From positions 1,376,001-1,440,000 of the forward strand of contig CAXXLZ010000002.1 of the NCBI GenBank assembly GCA_963675595.2: a stretch of 64,000 bases of DNA, written 5' to 3'. The notes below the pieces were generated by a model that had not been told where the DNA came from, searched no databases, and saw only the letters and a program-made list of their open reading frames with translations. Origin of the DNA: Thermodesulfobacteriota bacterium (GTDB taxonomy: Bacteria > Desulfobacterota > Desulfarculia > JACQYL01). The stretch's first letter is position 1; each line of letters starts with the position of its first letter. The position numbers and the translations under genes are program-made. Of the stretch, positions 34,516 to 45,191 are shown one piece after another.

Positions 34516-36521
34516 AACGTTGAGACCTTCGGCGATGACAACCTCCTATCAACTGCGACGAATGACTCTCCGGAAGGAAAGAGCGCAAGAAAGGAGACCA
34601 ATCGAAAGCTGGCCGGAATCCGGGATCAGTACGGCTTCTATGAAATCCTGGGAGTGACCGACCCTCAAGGCGAACTCATCGCTTGTTCTCAAGAAGACAT
34701 GATCGGAGTCTCCATTGCCGATAGGAAGTACTACCACGACGTCCTTAACAGGCCCAACGGCATCGTCGTTTCCGAGGCGGTGAAGTCCAAGTCGTCCGGG
34801 AAGCCCGTATTCGTCATCATCCACCGGATTGAGGGACAAAGCGGCACGACGGGTCTTTTCTTCGCGGTGGTCAAACTCTACGCTTTCACGGAACGTTTCA
34901 TCAGTCCCATCAAGTTGGGAGCTCAAGGATATGCCTATATGTACGGTCCCGACGGCTTCCTGCTCGCCCATCCGAATCCTGAAAAAATCCTGAAACTGAA
35001 TATGCACGATTTGGAGTTCGGGCCTGAGATGCTCAAAAGAAGAAACGGTGAACTGGAATACACTTTCCAGGGGGTGGATAAGTGCGCCATTTTCAGGACC
35101 ATCGATGAAACGGGATGGACCGTCGCCACCTCCGCGGTGAACCATGAAATCTATGCTCCGGCGCATCGTTTGACTCAACAAACGCTGATCATCACCGCGC
35201 TCAGCATTCTCATCCTCGGGATCGTGCTGGTGCTCATCGCGAGGTCCATCGCGGCACCGGTCATGAAGGCCGTGAGGGGCTTGAACGACACGGCCGAGCA
35301 GGTGGCGGCGGCGGCGTCTCAGGTTTCTTCGGCAGGGCAATCCCTCGCGGAGGGAGCCTCCGAACAAGCCTCCGCCGTGGAGGAGACCTCTTCCTCCCTC
35401 GAAGAGATGGCTTCCATGACCCGGAAGAACTCGGAGAACACCCAACTAGTGAACAAGCTCATGAAGGAGGAAACCGCTCCCAATTTCCAGCTCATCGAGG
35501 AACGGACCGAACAGGCATACCGTGCCATCGAAAAAGCGGTCAAGACGGGCGAGGAGATGAGAGTGATCATCAAGACCATCGACGAGATCGCCTTTCAAAC
35601 CAATTTGCTCGCCCTCAACGCAGCGGTGGAAGCGGCGCGCGCCGGTGAAGCGGGAGCCGGATTCGCCGTGGTCGCCGAAGAGGTGCGCAGCCTGGCCCTC
35701 CGGGCCGCCCAAGCCGCCAAACAGACCGACGCCCTCATTGAAAAGCAAAACGAGCAGAACGCGGAAGTCAAAAGTATGAATCAACAGGTGATCGAAGCGC
35801 TGGGAACAAACAAAGAAATCGCCGGCAAAGTCGCGCAATTGGTGGATGAGGTTTCCTCGGCGAGCCGAGAGCAGTCCGAGGGCATTCAACAAATCAATTC
35901 GGCGGTCGCCGAGATGGACAGAGTCGTCCAGCTCAACGCCTCCAGCGCTGAGCAGACGGCCTCGGCCTCGCAGCAGCTGAACGCGCAGGCCGTTCAAATG
36001 AAAACTCTTCTTGTGGGACTAAAGAAGACCGTGGACGGAGACCGGCTGGAATCCTTTGTCAAGGCCTCCCATTCGAGCCCGAGGGCGCGGATCGCGGCCG
36101 GTTCCGCTATTCACGAAGCGACTCTATACGCTCGTGAAAAAACGGCCTTGTCTAATCCGGACGACAAGGGAATGCGGAAACCGGTCCTTCGTATGGAACG
36201 AAAGGACTTCGAAGCCTTCTAGCGGCCCGCATGCCCCCTTTCTCGCTTCTTTCCGTGCAAAGCGATCGAGATCAACGCTCGCATCGCTTTGCACTTTGCA
36301 GCATCTCAGGTATACTGAAGCTCTTCCGAAATCTCGAATTAGTCCGAAAGCATCCTGCGAGACTCGAAATCAGGCTCCGCCCGATGTTCTTCCCGTTGAC
36401 GGCCGCCATGTAACCCATCCAAAGGGGAAGGGATCCTTGACAGAGATTGGTCGTCCGAATAGGGTGAGTCATCCATTCCCTTGAGAATTGTCTCTGGAAT
36501 TTCACTTTTTTTCGTCGGATC

Positions 36522-38516
36522 ATGAACAGAAATTCTCTGAAATTTCGATTCGCGCTGGCTGTTGCCGTCGCTTACAGCGTCGTGGGTTTATTCACTTTTC
36601 TGAGTTTTCATTACTTGACGGAAAAACTGGTGGATTCCCTCGGCGCACGGTTTGCCGCCAAGCAGGCATTGCTTGAAAAATCCAGGCTGATGTCCGCGAT
36701 CCGTCGCGACCTGTCCCTTTCACTCAAAATGGCCGATTCACCCCTTCTGGTGCGCTGGGTCCTGGACGAAAACAATAAGGAACTTAAAGAAGCGGCCGCC
36801 GAAGAGCTGGAAAGTTACCGACAAAGCCTGGAGGGGAAAAGCATTTTCATCGCTTTGAATCAATCGGGACACTATTATTTTACCGACGGTTCGGAGGCCC
36901 GAGCCCTTGAAAAGCCCAGGTACACCCTCGACCCGGATAATATCAACGATTCGTGGTATTACCGAAGCATGCGGGATGTGGACGATTTCGAATTGAATGT
37001 CGACTACGACAACCATCTCGACATGAACAAGATTTGGTTTAACGTGGTCATCAAAGACGACGCCGGCAACAAGCTGGGACTTGCGGGCGGCGGCATGGAC
37101 ATTTCGTCGTTTATCGAGCAGATCGTACATTCGGAAGAACCCGGCGTGGAGACGATCCTGTTCGGCCGACAAGGAACCGTCGAGGCTCACCGGGACTCCA
37201 AGTACGTAATGCACAACAGCAAGGTCCGCGGGGACGTGAAAAAGATCACCGTGTACGACCTCATGAACGGCGTTCCGGACGCATCCCGATTGAAGGACGC
37301 AGTGCATTCGCTGGACTCCGGAAACCGGGACGTAATAACCCTGCATCTCACCCTGGAGGATCGCCGTCGCCTTGCCGCGCTGTCGCATTTGGAGGAGATC
37401 GGCTGGTACAACTTGGTGTTGGTGGACGCCGGGCGTTTCGTAAGCATCCGCAGTTTCCTGCCGATTCTCGCCGTCACCATCGGCTCCATGTTCGCCCTCA
37501 TTGTTGTCGTGGGGTTTCTGCTCAACCGACGGGTCCTCGCTCCCCTCGCCGTTCTGGCGTCATCCACCAACCGCATGGCCGTGGGAGATTACGACACCCG
37601 TGTTCCCCACTCCTCCAACGACGAAATCGGTGCACTGGCCCGTTGTTTCAACGACATGGCGGGTATGGTCAAGGACCACAGCGAGAACCTGGAACAAAAG
37701 GTCAGTGAACGCACCGAAGCGCTGAATCGTGCCAATCACCAATTGGAGGAATCCAACCGGCGGATCACGGCGAGCATTCGATACGCCCGAATGATCCAGA
37801 CCTCCGTGCTGCCGGAGAAATCCGCCATAGAGCGAAGAACCGAACGATTCTTCGTCATCTACCGGCCGAGAGACATTGTTGGGGGTGATTTTTATTTCTT
37901 CCGGGAATGCGGAGAACAGTTCGTTATTGCGGTGATCGACTGTACCGGCCACGGAGTACCGGGGGCCTTCATGAGTATGACCGCCAACACGGTGCTGGAC
38001 CACGTACTGGACGCCGCCGGCTGCCTGGATCCCGCCGAGATTCTCGGGGAGCTCAACTTGGGCATGAAGGCCGCCTTGAAACACGACTCCTTGGACTCCG
38101 CGATAGACAACGGACTCGAAATCGGTTTGTGTTTGTGCGATCCTCCAGCCGGTAAGGTCGTATTTTCGGGTGCCAGGATCGAACTCCATTGCATCGAGGG
38201 CGGTGCCTTGACCACGATTTCCGGCGACAAGCAGGCTATTGGATACAGAAGTTCCAATCCGGAGTTTGCCTACACGAATCACTCCGTTTCCGTCGCCGAG
38301 AAGATGGATTTCTACATGGCCAGCGACGGAATCCTGGACCAATCCGGCGGACCCAAAGGATGGGGATTCGGCAGGAAGCGATTCAAGAGATTACTGGCCG
38401 ACGTATCCGGACTTTCCGCGGCGGAACAGAAACAACGGATCGAACAGGCAATCTCCCTTCACCAAGGGGACTACCCTCAAAGGGACGACATCACCATCAT
38501 CGGATTCAGCTTGTAG
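36522..38516 (+). CDS. siaA: SiaA-like sensor phosphatase (Cache, HAMP, PP2C/SpoIIE)
   Basis: TM-periplasmic-TM-HAMP layout; VGGDFY, DCTGHGVPGA, SDG, QRDDIT; first gene of a siaABCD-ordered operon. Confidence 0.85.
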   Translation: MNRNSLKFRFALAVAVAYSVVGLFTFLSFHYLTEKLVDSLGARFAAKQALLEKSRLMSAIRRDLSLSLKMADSPLLVRWVLDENNKELKEAAAEELESYRQSLEGKSIFIALNQSGHYYFTDGSEARALEKPRYTLDPDNINDSWYYRSMRDVDDFELNVDYDNHLDMNKIWFNVVIKDDAGNKLGLAGGGMDISSFIEQIVHSEEPGVETILFGRQGTVEAHRDSKYVMHNSKVRGDVKKITVYDLMNGVPDASRLKDAVHSLDSGNRDVITLHLTLEDRRRLAALSHLEEIGWYNLVLVDAGRFVSIRSFLPILAVTIGSMFALIVVVGFLLNRRVLAPLAVLASSTNRMAVGDYDTRVPHSSNDEIGALARCFNDMAGMVKDHSENLEQKVSERTEALNRANHQLEESNRRITASIRYARMIQTSVLPEKSAIERRTERFFVIYRPRDIVGGDFYFFRECGEQFVIAVIDCTGHGVPGAFMSMTANTVLDHVLDAAGCLDPAEILGELNLGMKAALKHDSLDSAIDNGLEIGLCLCDPPAGKVVFSGARIELHCIEGGALTTISGDKQAIGYRSSNPEFAYTNHSVSVAEKMDFYMASDGILDQSGGPKGWGFGRKRFKRLLADVSGLSAAEQKQRIEQAISLHQGDYPQRDDITIIGFSL

Positions 38517-38541
38517 ACTTTCAAAATCGGGGGAGGCGCCC

Positions 38542-39087
38542 ATGCAGCACGTTACTCTTTACGACCTCAAAGAGACCTTCAGTGAAGAGGGCATTCTGAT
38601 CTGTTTCGCAGGTCCGTTTTCGCACAGTATTATCGAAGAATTGGGCAACGCGGTGAAGAGCTACCTCGAGGGCGAGCAGTTGACCAAAGCGTCCCTTATG
38701 GACGTATTCTCCATTTTCATCGAACAGACTCAAAACGTAAGGAACTATGCGGAGCTGAAAGCCGGTGAGGGGAACACGGACCGTGATTTCAACAGCGGAA
38801 TCGTCATTATCGGTAAGAACGAGGAAAATTACACCGTGAGCTCGGGCAACTTCGCGAAGCGAGAAGACGTGCACAACGTCGTGGAGCGCCTCGACATGCT
38901 GAAAAGTCTCGACAAGCGGGAACTCAAAGCGGCCTACAAAGACCAGATGAGACGAGAACGAGAGCCGGGAAAAGGCAGCGGTCTGGGCCTCATAGACATG
39001 TCTCGCAAGACGTCCAAACCCCTCGAGTACTCCATCATCGACATCGACGAGCGTTATTGTTTCTTCAGCCTCAAGGCCACGGTTTAG
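38542..39087 (+). CDS. siaB: SiaB-family protein kinase
   Basis: GPFSHSIIEELG, FIEQTQNVRNY, GSGLGLIDMSRK; RBS GGGAGG. Confidence 0.85.
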   Translation: MQHVTLYDLKETFSEEGILICFAGPFSHSIIEELGNAVKSYLEGEQLTKASLMDVFSIFIEQTQNVRNYAELKAGEGNTDRDFNSGIVIIGKNEENYTVSSGNFAKREDVHNVVERLDMLKSLDKRELKAAYKDQMRREREPGKGSGLGLIDMSRKTSKPLEYSIIDIDERYCFFSLKATV

Positions 39088-39096
39088 GAGAATTAG

Positions 39097-39480
39097 ATGG
39101 ACAGCTTGAAAATAGAGGGAACCATATCTACTCCCGACATTCTATTTGATTCCGACAGCGGGGTCCTGAGCATGTCCGGTGAATCCTACCCCGAGAATTC
39201 CTTTGAATTCTTTAAGCCCGTGCTGTCTTGGATATCCCGATTCATGACCGCCCATAAGGGGGAAGTGACCCTGAACACCCACCTCAGCTACCTCAATACG
39301 GGAAGCACCAAGTGCATGATGGACATCCTGGACCTGCTGGAAGAGTTTCACACCCGCGGTGGCCGGGTCACCGTCAACTGGTTCTGCGACGAAGAGAACG
39401 AACGGGCCGTGGAAACCGCCGAAGAGTTCAAAGAAGAGGTGACTCTTCCATTCCATATCAAGGCGGTAAAAGAGGAATGA
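39097..39480 (+). CDS. siaC: SiaC-family regulatory phosphoprotein (DUF1987)
   Basis: GESYPEN..EFFKP, YLNTGSTK (phospho-Thr motif), AEEFKE. Confidence 0.88.
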   Translation: MDSLKIEGTISTPDILFDSDSGVLSMSGESYPENSFEFFKPVLSWISRFMTAHKGEVTLNTHLSYLNTGSTKCMMDILDLLEEFHTRGGRVTVNWFCDEENERAVETAEEFKEEVTLPFHIKAVKEE

Positions 39481-40652
39481 AAAACAGATTGGATACCGAC
39501 TGGATGGAAGATCCGCTCATAAGCAAATTCCGGACTCGGTTTGAGGGACCCGGAACCGGGGAACCACTCTCTTTTGCCGAAACCAAGGAGCTTTTCGACG
39601 CCTTTATCAAGCTCAACGACCGGCTTTTGAGAATCGCCAGAATCAGCGACAGTTATCAGAGCGAGGTCAAAGAACTGGTTACCGAGCTCGAAACCGCGCT
39701 GAAGAACGTCAAAACGCTCAAAGGTTTGATTCCCATCTGCGCTTCCTGCAAGAAGATCCGCAACCACGACGGAGAGTGGAAGCAGTTGGAGCAATACATT
39801 TCAGAGCATTCGGACGCCATGTTCTCTCATGGACTATGCCCCGAATGCGGGCGCAACTATCGTGCTCTGGCCAGGGGTTCTCAAAGCAAAGGGACCACTG
39901 CGCCGGCTCCGCCCTCCCACTTTCTGGACGATACGGATATGGACGATCCGGTCATCGTCAGATTCCTGCCCGCCGTGACGAATCCTCATTATACCGAGTC
40001 CCCTCTGTTCGACGAATTCAGCGATCTCTTCCAGAAATACGTGAGACTGACCAAACGGATGAAACGCATCATCCGAATAAGCGACAGCTATCAGTCGGAA
40101 CTCCGAGATCTCCAAGTCCGTCTGGAACACGCTTCGCGGACCGACTACCTGACGGGCCTCTGCAATCGCAAAGGGATCTATGAAAAGCTCGAAGCGGAAC
40201 AAAACCGCTCGCGGCGTCACGACCGAACCTTCGCCGTCCTGCTGATGGATATCGATCAGTTCAAGCTGATCAACGATGCTCATGGGCACGAAGCGGGAGA
40301 CCGGGTCCTGGTGTCTCTTGCCCGCCTTTTCGCAGAAAATTTCAGAAAAGAAGACAGCAGCGCCCGTTGGGGAGGCGAGGAGTTTCTTTTTCTGTTCCCG
40401 GAAGTGGACGCGGAGAGTGCGCTGCACATTTCGGAGAAACTGAGGAAACTGGTGGCGGAGCTTTCCATCGAGGCCGCGGGAACGGACATAAGGCTGACCG
40501 CCAGCTTCGGGATCGCACTCTACAGACCGGAAGAGACGCTCGACGAATGCATTCGACGCGCGGATCAAGCGCTTTACCAGGCCAAGCGGCAAGGTCGGAA
40601 TCGGTCCCTTCTTCACTCCGGCCGACCGGAGACCTCGTTTCCATCCACATGA
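39477..40652 (+). CDS. siaD: SiaD-like diguanylate cyclase with a duplicated N-terminal helix and an inserted Cys module
   Basis: ATGA overlap with siaC; RISDSYQSE twice; PICASCKKIR...SHGLCPEC; DYLTG, RKED, GGEEF. Confidence 0.82.
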   Translation: MKNRLDTDWMEDPLISKFRTRFEGPGTGEPLSFAETKELFDAFIKLNDRLLRIARISDSYQSEVKELVTELETALKNVKTLKGLIPICASCKKIRNHDGEWKQLEQYISEHSDAMFSHGLCPECGRNYRALARGSQSKGTTAPAPPSHFLDDTDMDDPVIVRFLPAVTNPHYTESPLFDEFSDLFQKYVRLTKRMKRIIRISDSYQSELRDLQVRLEHASRTDYLTGLCNRKGIYEKLEAEQNRSRRHDRTFAVLLMDIDQFKLINDAHGHEAGDRVLVSLARLFAENFRKEDSSARWGGEEFLFLFPEVDAESALHISEKLRKLVAELSIEAAGTDIRLTASFGIALYRPEETLDECIRRADQALYQAKRQGRNRSLLHSGRPETSFPST

Positions 40653-41150
40653 GACGAACCGTACCCGGCGCGTAACACGTCCGAGTTACGGCCACCTTTC
40701 AGGTTGCATCTCCGCCCTTGAATGGTGCATGATTCTCCCTATGAAGTCCGTTCCGGGAACCGTGGCACATGGATGGGACACGAGCGACCTTGAATTCATG
40801 CGGAATTGTGCGGGCCGACAAACCGCATGTTCCGCAGCCGGCTGAGGAGCCGGTGTGCTTCGAGGGGTCCTCGATCGCTTGTTGTTCGTACTTCGCACCG
40901 TCCACGAACGGAAGTGTCGTGGGTCCGCCGACGTCATGGGGCATGGGTGCCCGCACCGAGAGGAGCGGAAGACCCCGTAATGGCCCATAGCCCGCGATTC
41001 GCGAAAGGGGCGACGTGAATCCAAGGCGGGAGGGCGGATCCACCTGCTGCACGAACAACCGCCGAAGGACGTTCCGCCGCCCACAACCGTAGGAGCCCGT
41101 CCGGCCGTCCCGGCCTTTCCCGAGGCACCATCAACCCAAGGAGTTTCAAG

Positions 41151-42110
41151 TTGTCCGATGCATCGATTCGTGATCTCGTCATAGTCGGAGGCGGTCCCGC
41201 AGGCTTGGCTGCCGGTATCTACGCCATGAGAGCCGCACTCGACACCGTGCTGGTGGAAAAGGGCGTGCCCGGCGGGCAGTTGGCTCTCACCAAAGACATC
41301 GAAAACTATCCGGGATTTCAGACCATTTCAGGATTCGAACTTTCCGAAAGGCTTCTCGAACACGCTAGAAGCTACGGGCTGGAAGTTGTCCAGAAAGAGG
41401 TGGTTTCCGTGGAGCCCGGAATCGACTTTCATTCCGTCCACCTCGACGACGGCACGCGTCTGGACGCGCACGCTCTGATCCTGGCCGCGGGGGGCACCGC
41501 GAAAAAGCTCGGCGTTCCCGGAGAAGAGGACAATTTCGGTCGGGGTGTTTCGTACTGCGCCACCTGCGACGGCTTCTTCTTTCGTGACAAGACCGTAGTG
41601 GTGGTCGGGGGCGGCGATACCGCGCTCGAGGATTCTCTCTATCTGGCGAAGATTACGAGCCGCGTTTACCTGGCTCACCGCAGAGATGAATTCCGGGGAA
41701 GTCGGATTCTTCAACAACGGGTCTTCGCGGAACCCAAGATCGAAGTCCTCTTTGACACCGTGGTCCGGGAAGTCCGCTCCGACGACGCGGGGGTTTCCGG
41801 CGTTCTTTTCGAAAACGTCCGTACCGGCAAGCAGTGGGAACAAGCCACGGACGGAGTTTTCGTTTTCGTGGGATTCTCACCCAATCGGGAACTCATTCCG
41901 CCGGGAGTCAAGACCAATGCCGGGGGCTTTGCCGTTACGGATCACAAGTGCGAAACCAATTTGCCGGGCATCTTCGCAGTGGGCGACTTGAGGGAGAAGT
42001 ACGCCAACCAAGTGGTCATTGCCGCTGCGGACGGGTGCGTAGCCGCCCTGGCCGCCGCCCATTACGTGGAGGCGAAAAAAGCGAGCGCCGCCTGCGCCAT
42101 TCGGGAGTAG
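41151..42110 (+). CDS. trxB: Thioredoxin-disulfide reductase
   Basis: GGGPAGL, IENYPG, GVSYCATCDG, GGGDTA, HRRDEFR. Confidence 0.93.
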   Translation: MSDASIRDLVIVGGGPAGLAAGIYAMRAALDTVLVEKGVPGGQLALTKDIENYPGFQTISGFELSERLLEHARSYGLEVVQKEVVSVEPGIDFHSVHLDDGTRLDAHALILAAGGTAKKLGVPGEEDNFGRGVSYCATCDGFFFRDKTVVVVGGGDTALEDSLYLAKITSRVYLAHRRDEFRGSRILQQRVFAEPKIEVLFDTVVREVRSDDAGVSGVLFENVRTGKQWEQATDGVFVFVGFSPNRELIPPGVKTNAGGFAVTDHKCETNLPGIFAVGDLREKYANQVVIAAADGCVAALAAAHYVEAKKASAACAIRE

Positions 42111-42246
42111 TGCTTTCCTGCGTGTGGTCGAGGCTTGGGCACAAAACCTGAGTCGAGGCTTTCCGGAAACGTCCGGTCCCGCTCCACGCAGCTTGAGGGA
42201 GGGCGGTTAAGTCACGTCCTCCTCATGAAACGGCCGGACTCTCACA

Positions 42247-42990
42247 ATGAACAAGGACTTACACCCGGTGGCAGCTTCCGAAAAGGCGGAGGCGCCCGGC
42301 AAGGCCGGACGTCATGGTGCCCGCGTAAAAGCATTGGCTTTGCTGGTTTTTGTCCTGGCCGCCGTCCTGGTGGTCCGTTTCACTCCGGTGCGCGCGTACC
42401 TGACGGCTGAGCGACTCTCTGAATTCCTTGAAAGTGTGGGAATCTGGGCTCCCCTGGTTTATATGGGAGTCTATGCCGTGGGAGTTTGCCTCTTCCTCCC
42501 CGGAACTCTCCTGACCACCCTTGGTGCCGCCGTTTTCGGACCATATCGAGGATTCGTCTACGTCTGGATCGGGGCCATGATCGGGGCGAGCCTCTCTTTT
42601 TTCATCGGACGCTACCTCGGCAGAGACTTTGCCGCGTCACTCATCGGGAATCGTCTGAAGAATTACGATGACGCCATTGAGCGAAACGGCTTCACCACGG
42701 TCCTCTACCTTCGTCTCGTTTACTTCCCGTTTACTCCCATGAACTTCGGCATGGGCCTGACCAAGGTTCGATTCAAAGATTACTTCGCCGGCACGGGCCT
42801 GGGCATTATCGTAGGCACCTTTATCTTCACGTTCTTTGTGGGTACGTTGAAGGAAGTGTGGGCGGGCGGCGACTGGAAAGAACTGCTGTCCTGGAAGGTC
42901 TTTTTCTCCATCGGGTTGTTCATCTTCTCCTTTTTTATTCCCAAGCTGATCAAGAAATTCAAGGCTTCCCGAAAACTGGAAGAGGACTAG
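42247..42990 (+). CDS. TVP38/TMEM64 (DedA/VTT) family membrane protein
   Basis: FLPGT...GAAVFG, FFIGRYLGR, LRLVYFPF. Confidence 0.85.
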   Translation: MNKDLHPVAASEKAEAPGKAGRHGARVKALALLVFVLAAVLVVRFTPVRAYLTAERLSEFLESVGIWAPLVYMGVYAVGVCLFLPGTLLTTLGAAVFGPYRGFVYVWIGAMIGASLSFFIGRYLGRDFAASLIGNRLKNYDDAIERNGFTTVLYLRLVYFPFTPMNFGMGLTKVRFKDYFAGTGLGIIVGTFIFTFFVGTLKEVWAGGDWKELLSWKVFFSIGLFIFSFFIPKLIKKFKASRKLEED

Positions 42991-43135
42991 TCGATCGCAG
43001 GATGGAAGGCCTCGAACCTTCGACCGCACCAGTCCGCATTCCGCATGCCGGGCAGGTCGGCGCCTCACGCAACAGCCCCTTCAGCGCATTCATGAAAACT
43101 CGAAAGGCGGGCACCGGCCCGCGTCCTTTTGTTGG

Positions 43136-43164
43136 TTGACTATTTGCAAACATGATACCATAAT
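43136..43164 (+). promoter_or_regulatory. Putative sigma70 promoter
   Basis: TTGACT-17 bp-CATAAT. Confidence 0.5.
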
Positions 43165-43546
43165 GAGATGATAGGTTGTTGATTCAGATGATTCACTGAA
43201 AACATGGCAGGGGAGACGATAAGGCCTCAGCGCGGCCTGAACGCATAATCGGAAGTACATTGTCGGGAGCCCCCCAAGATATCTTGTACGTCTGCGAAGT
43301 CCTCCGGGAAGTTCGCTCATTGGAAGCACCCCCCGCGGTTGATCTCTAAACCCAGCCCCCTATTCCCAGGAAAGTTACGGCGGATTTCTTCGGATTGCAT
43401 GGACTGTTCGGCCGGTGAGACTTTGCCGCCGAGGGCAAAGCGTACCCGCGACCTCCTTAGCGTGTATTTCCGATACGCACGCCTCGAACACGACACCTGA
43501 GAGTGCAATCGCCTCCCCATCTCTCCAACATTTGGAAACTAAGAAG

Positions 43547-44026
43547 ATGAACGAAGACTACAACTCGAGGATTCGAGGGTATGATCCCCTCTCGGAAGAG
43601 ACGGCCATTCCTCCCAGCTTGGTGGAGAGACTGGTATTGGAAGTGTGCGGCGAAGAAGCGAAAGAGCTGTGTGATCTGGTCGTCGCATCAACCAAGGCGG
43701 GCGTCACGGTCGGGGAACTGATGAGCGACATCGTCAACGTGGGAATGATGGCCTATTTGACTATCGAACCGGACGAGTCGGGAGCTTCCCGTACGGGTTA
43801 TGAAGCGGAGTGTCTGGAGTTGCCTTTTGAGCTGTACGGCACTCAGGCCCGCGGGTTCCACGAGCTTTCCACGGCGGCCGCCAGACTCGGCACTTCGAAA
43901 AAGGAGTTGGTGGCCCGCATTTATCGTTTGGGAGTGAAATTGTCCAAGGAAGCTGAAAGAAGAAAAATGCTTCCGCTGGATTATCTGGCCTGGTACAAGG
44001 ATCATGTCCGTGTCGCGCTGCAATAG
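43547..44026 (+). CDS. Hypothetical protein with two RHH-like repeats
   Basis: Internal duplication: LVLEVCG...GVTVGELMSDI and LPFELYG...GTSKKELVARI. Confidence 0.55.
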   Translation: MNEDYNSRIRGYDPLSEETAIPPSLVERLVLEVCGEEAKELCDLVVASTKAGVTVGELMSDIVNVGMMAYLTIEPDESGASRTGYEAECLELPFELYGTQARGFHELSTAAARLGTSKKELVARIYRLGVKLSKEAERRKMLPLDYLAWYKDHVRVALQ

Positions 44027-44493
44027 CGGCGTGATCATTATTTGAGCCGACAAGGGCCCGGGGTCTTCCCGGGCGCCCCCGATCTTTCGTGGAGATGCTT
44101 CCGTGTCTATCCGTTTTCTGGCCCGCCGCCTCTATCAGGCGGTGTCTCGGGTGAGCGAACTCGAGGAGCGCCTGGAGCATTCGCCTCCGGAAGAACGCAC
44201 CCGTATCGAAACGGAACTATGGGGGGCGCGCAGAGACAAGGAACGGTTGATGAAGACGTTGAAAGCGAAGAAGGACTGACCGGCCGGAACGCTCACCCCA
44301 CCTTTTCTCTCTCGTTCCTCCGCTCATTCGTGCTCCGCCCCCCGTTGCGAACGATTCTCACCGCCCGGTTCCGGTTGACTTCCACCGTGTGCTTCATTAG
44401 TTTTTTTGCAGGACTTGGTCGAGAACACACCCGGCCCTATCCCGTCCTTTGGCCCCGCCGATGACAGGCGGGCTGTTTCAGCCGGGAGCCGTT

Positions 44494-44901
44494 ATGAACC
44501 CGGTAACGCCCATTTTGTCCGGCACCGTGCAGTCCGCACTCAGTCGTTGGGGACGGACGGGTCGGTCTACCGAATTTTATGATCGGTGGACTGCGGAAGC
44601 CAGGTCGAAGGAACTCCGCGATAAGCTCGAACAAGAGCGCATCGCAGAGGAAGCGCGCCTGGAGAAAGTGGACCTTGCCGCCAACCCTCTCGGCGCGGCT
44701 GAAATCGCGGAAAATTACATTGTCCGCAGAACCTACGAACCCTCCCCCAATGGCGCGTCCGTCTACGAGAAGGAATCGGAGCAATGGACGGCCACCGTAT
44801 ACGAGTTGAAACGAAAATGGACGCCGGACATGGATGAGGCGGTATTGGAAATCCTCATCAAAAAAGAAGACTCACCGCCTCTGGTGGACGGTTACGTCTG
44901 A
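44494..44901 (+). CDS. Hypothetical protein
   Basis: Protein-like composition, GGGAG upstream of ATG; no recognised motif. Confidence 0.5.
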   Translation: MNPVTPILSGTVQSALSRWGRTGRSTEFYDRWTAEARSKELRDKLEQERIAEEARLEKVDLAANPLGAAEIAENYIVRRTYEPSPNGASVYEKESEQWTATVYELKRKWTPDMDEAVLEILIKKEDSPPLVDGYV

Positions 44902-45191
44902 GTGGAGGCTGATTCCTGCCGCTCGTCGCTTCGGGATATTCGGGCATGATTGTCTTGGATGAAGAATGATTTTTCGAAAGAATGGGGGCTTCTTTCCCAT
45001 TCTTCTCGGCCCGCTGTGATGCCGGCCCGCCGCAGGCCGGTGGGACACGGCAAGGTGCAAAGTGCGCAAATCCCGAGGGCCGGGTCGTACATGCCATTGA
45101 TCGCAGGGACGAGAGCCGCGGCCGCACGTCACGGATCGCAGTTTTCAACCTCTTGTTATGTTTCACCAGGTTTCCACGTCGAGGCTCCATA

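Larger units (their letters stand above)
32427..36222 (+). pseudogene. dCache methyl-accepting chemotaxis protein interrupted by an IS
   Basis: Removing the IS restores ...MQKLNV|ETFGDD in frame. TM1 lies before the IS. Cache (GYAYMY), TM2 and the signalling domain [23 protein letters not shown] lie after it. Confidence 0.88.

Noticed and set aside
34420-36222. ORF-track 600-aa MCP as an intact gene
   Set aside because: Its N-terminus is IS sequence; the true TM1 lies at 32427-32639.
40653-41150. Possible small Cys-containing gene upstream of trxB
   Set aside because: Several short frames, none with an RBS or a recognisable redoxin motif.
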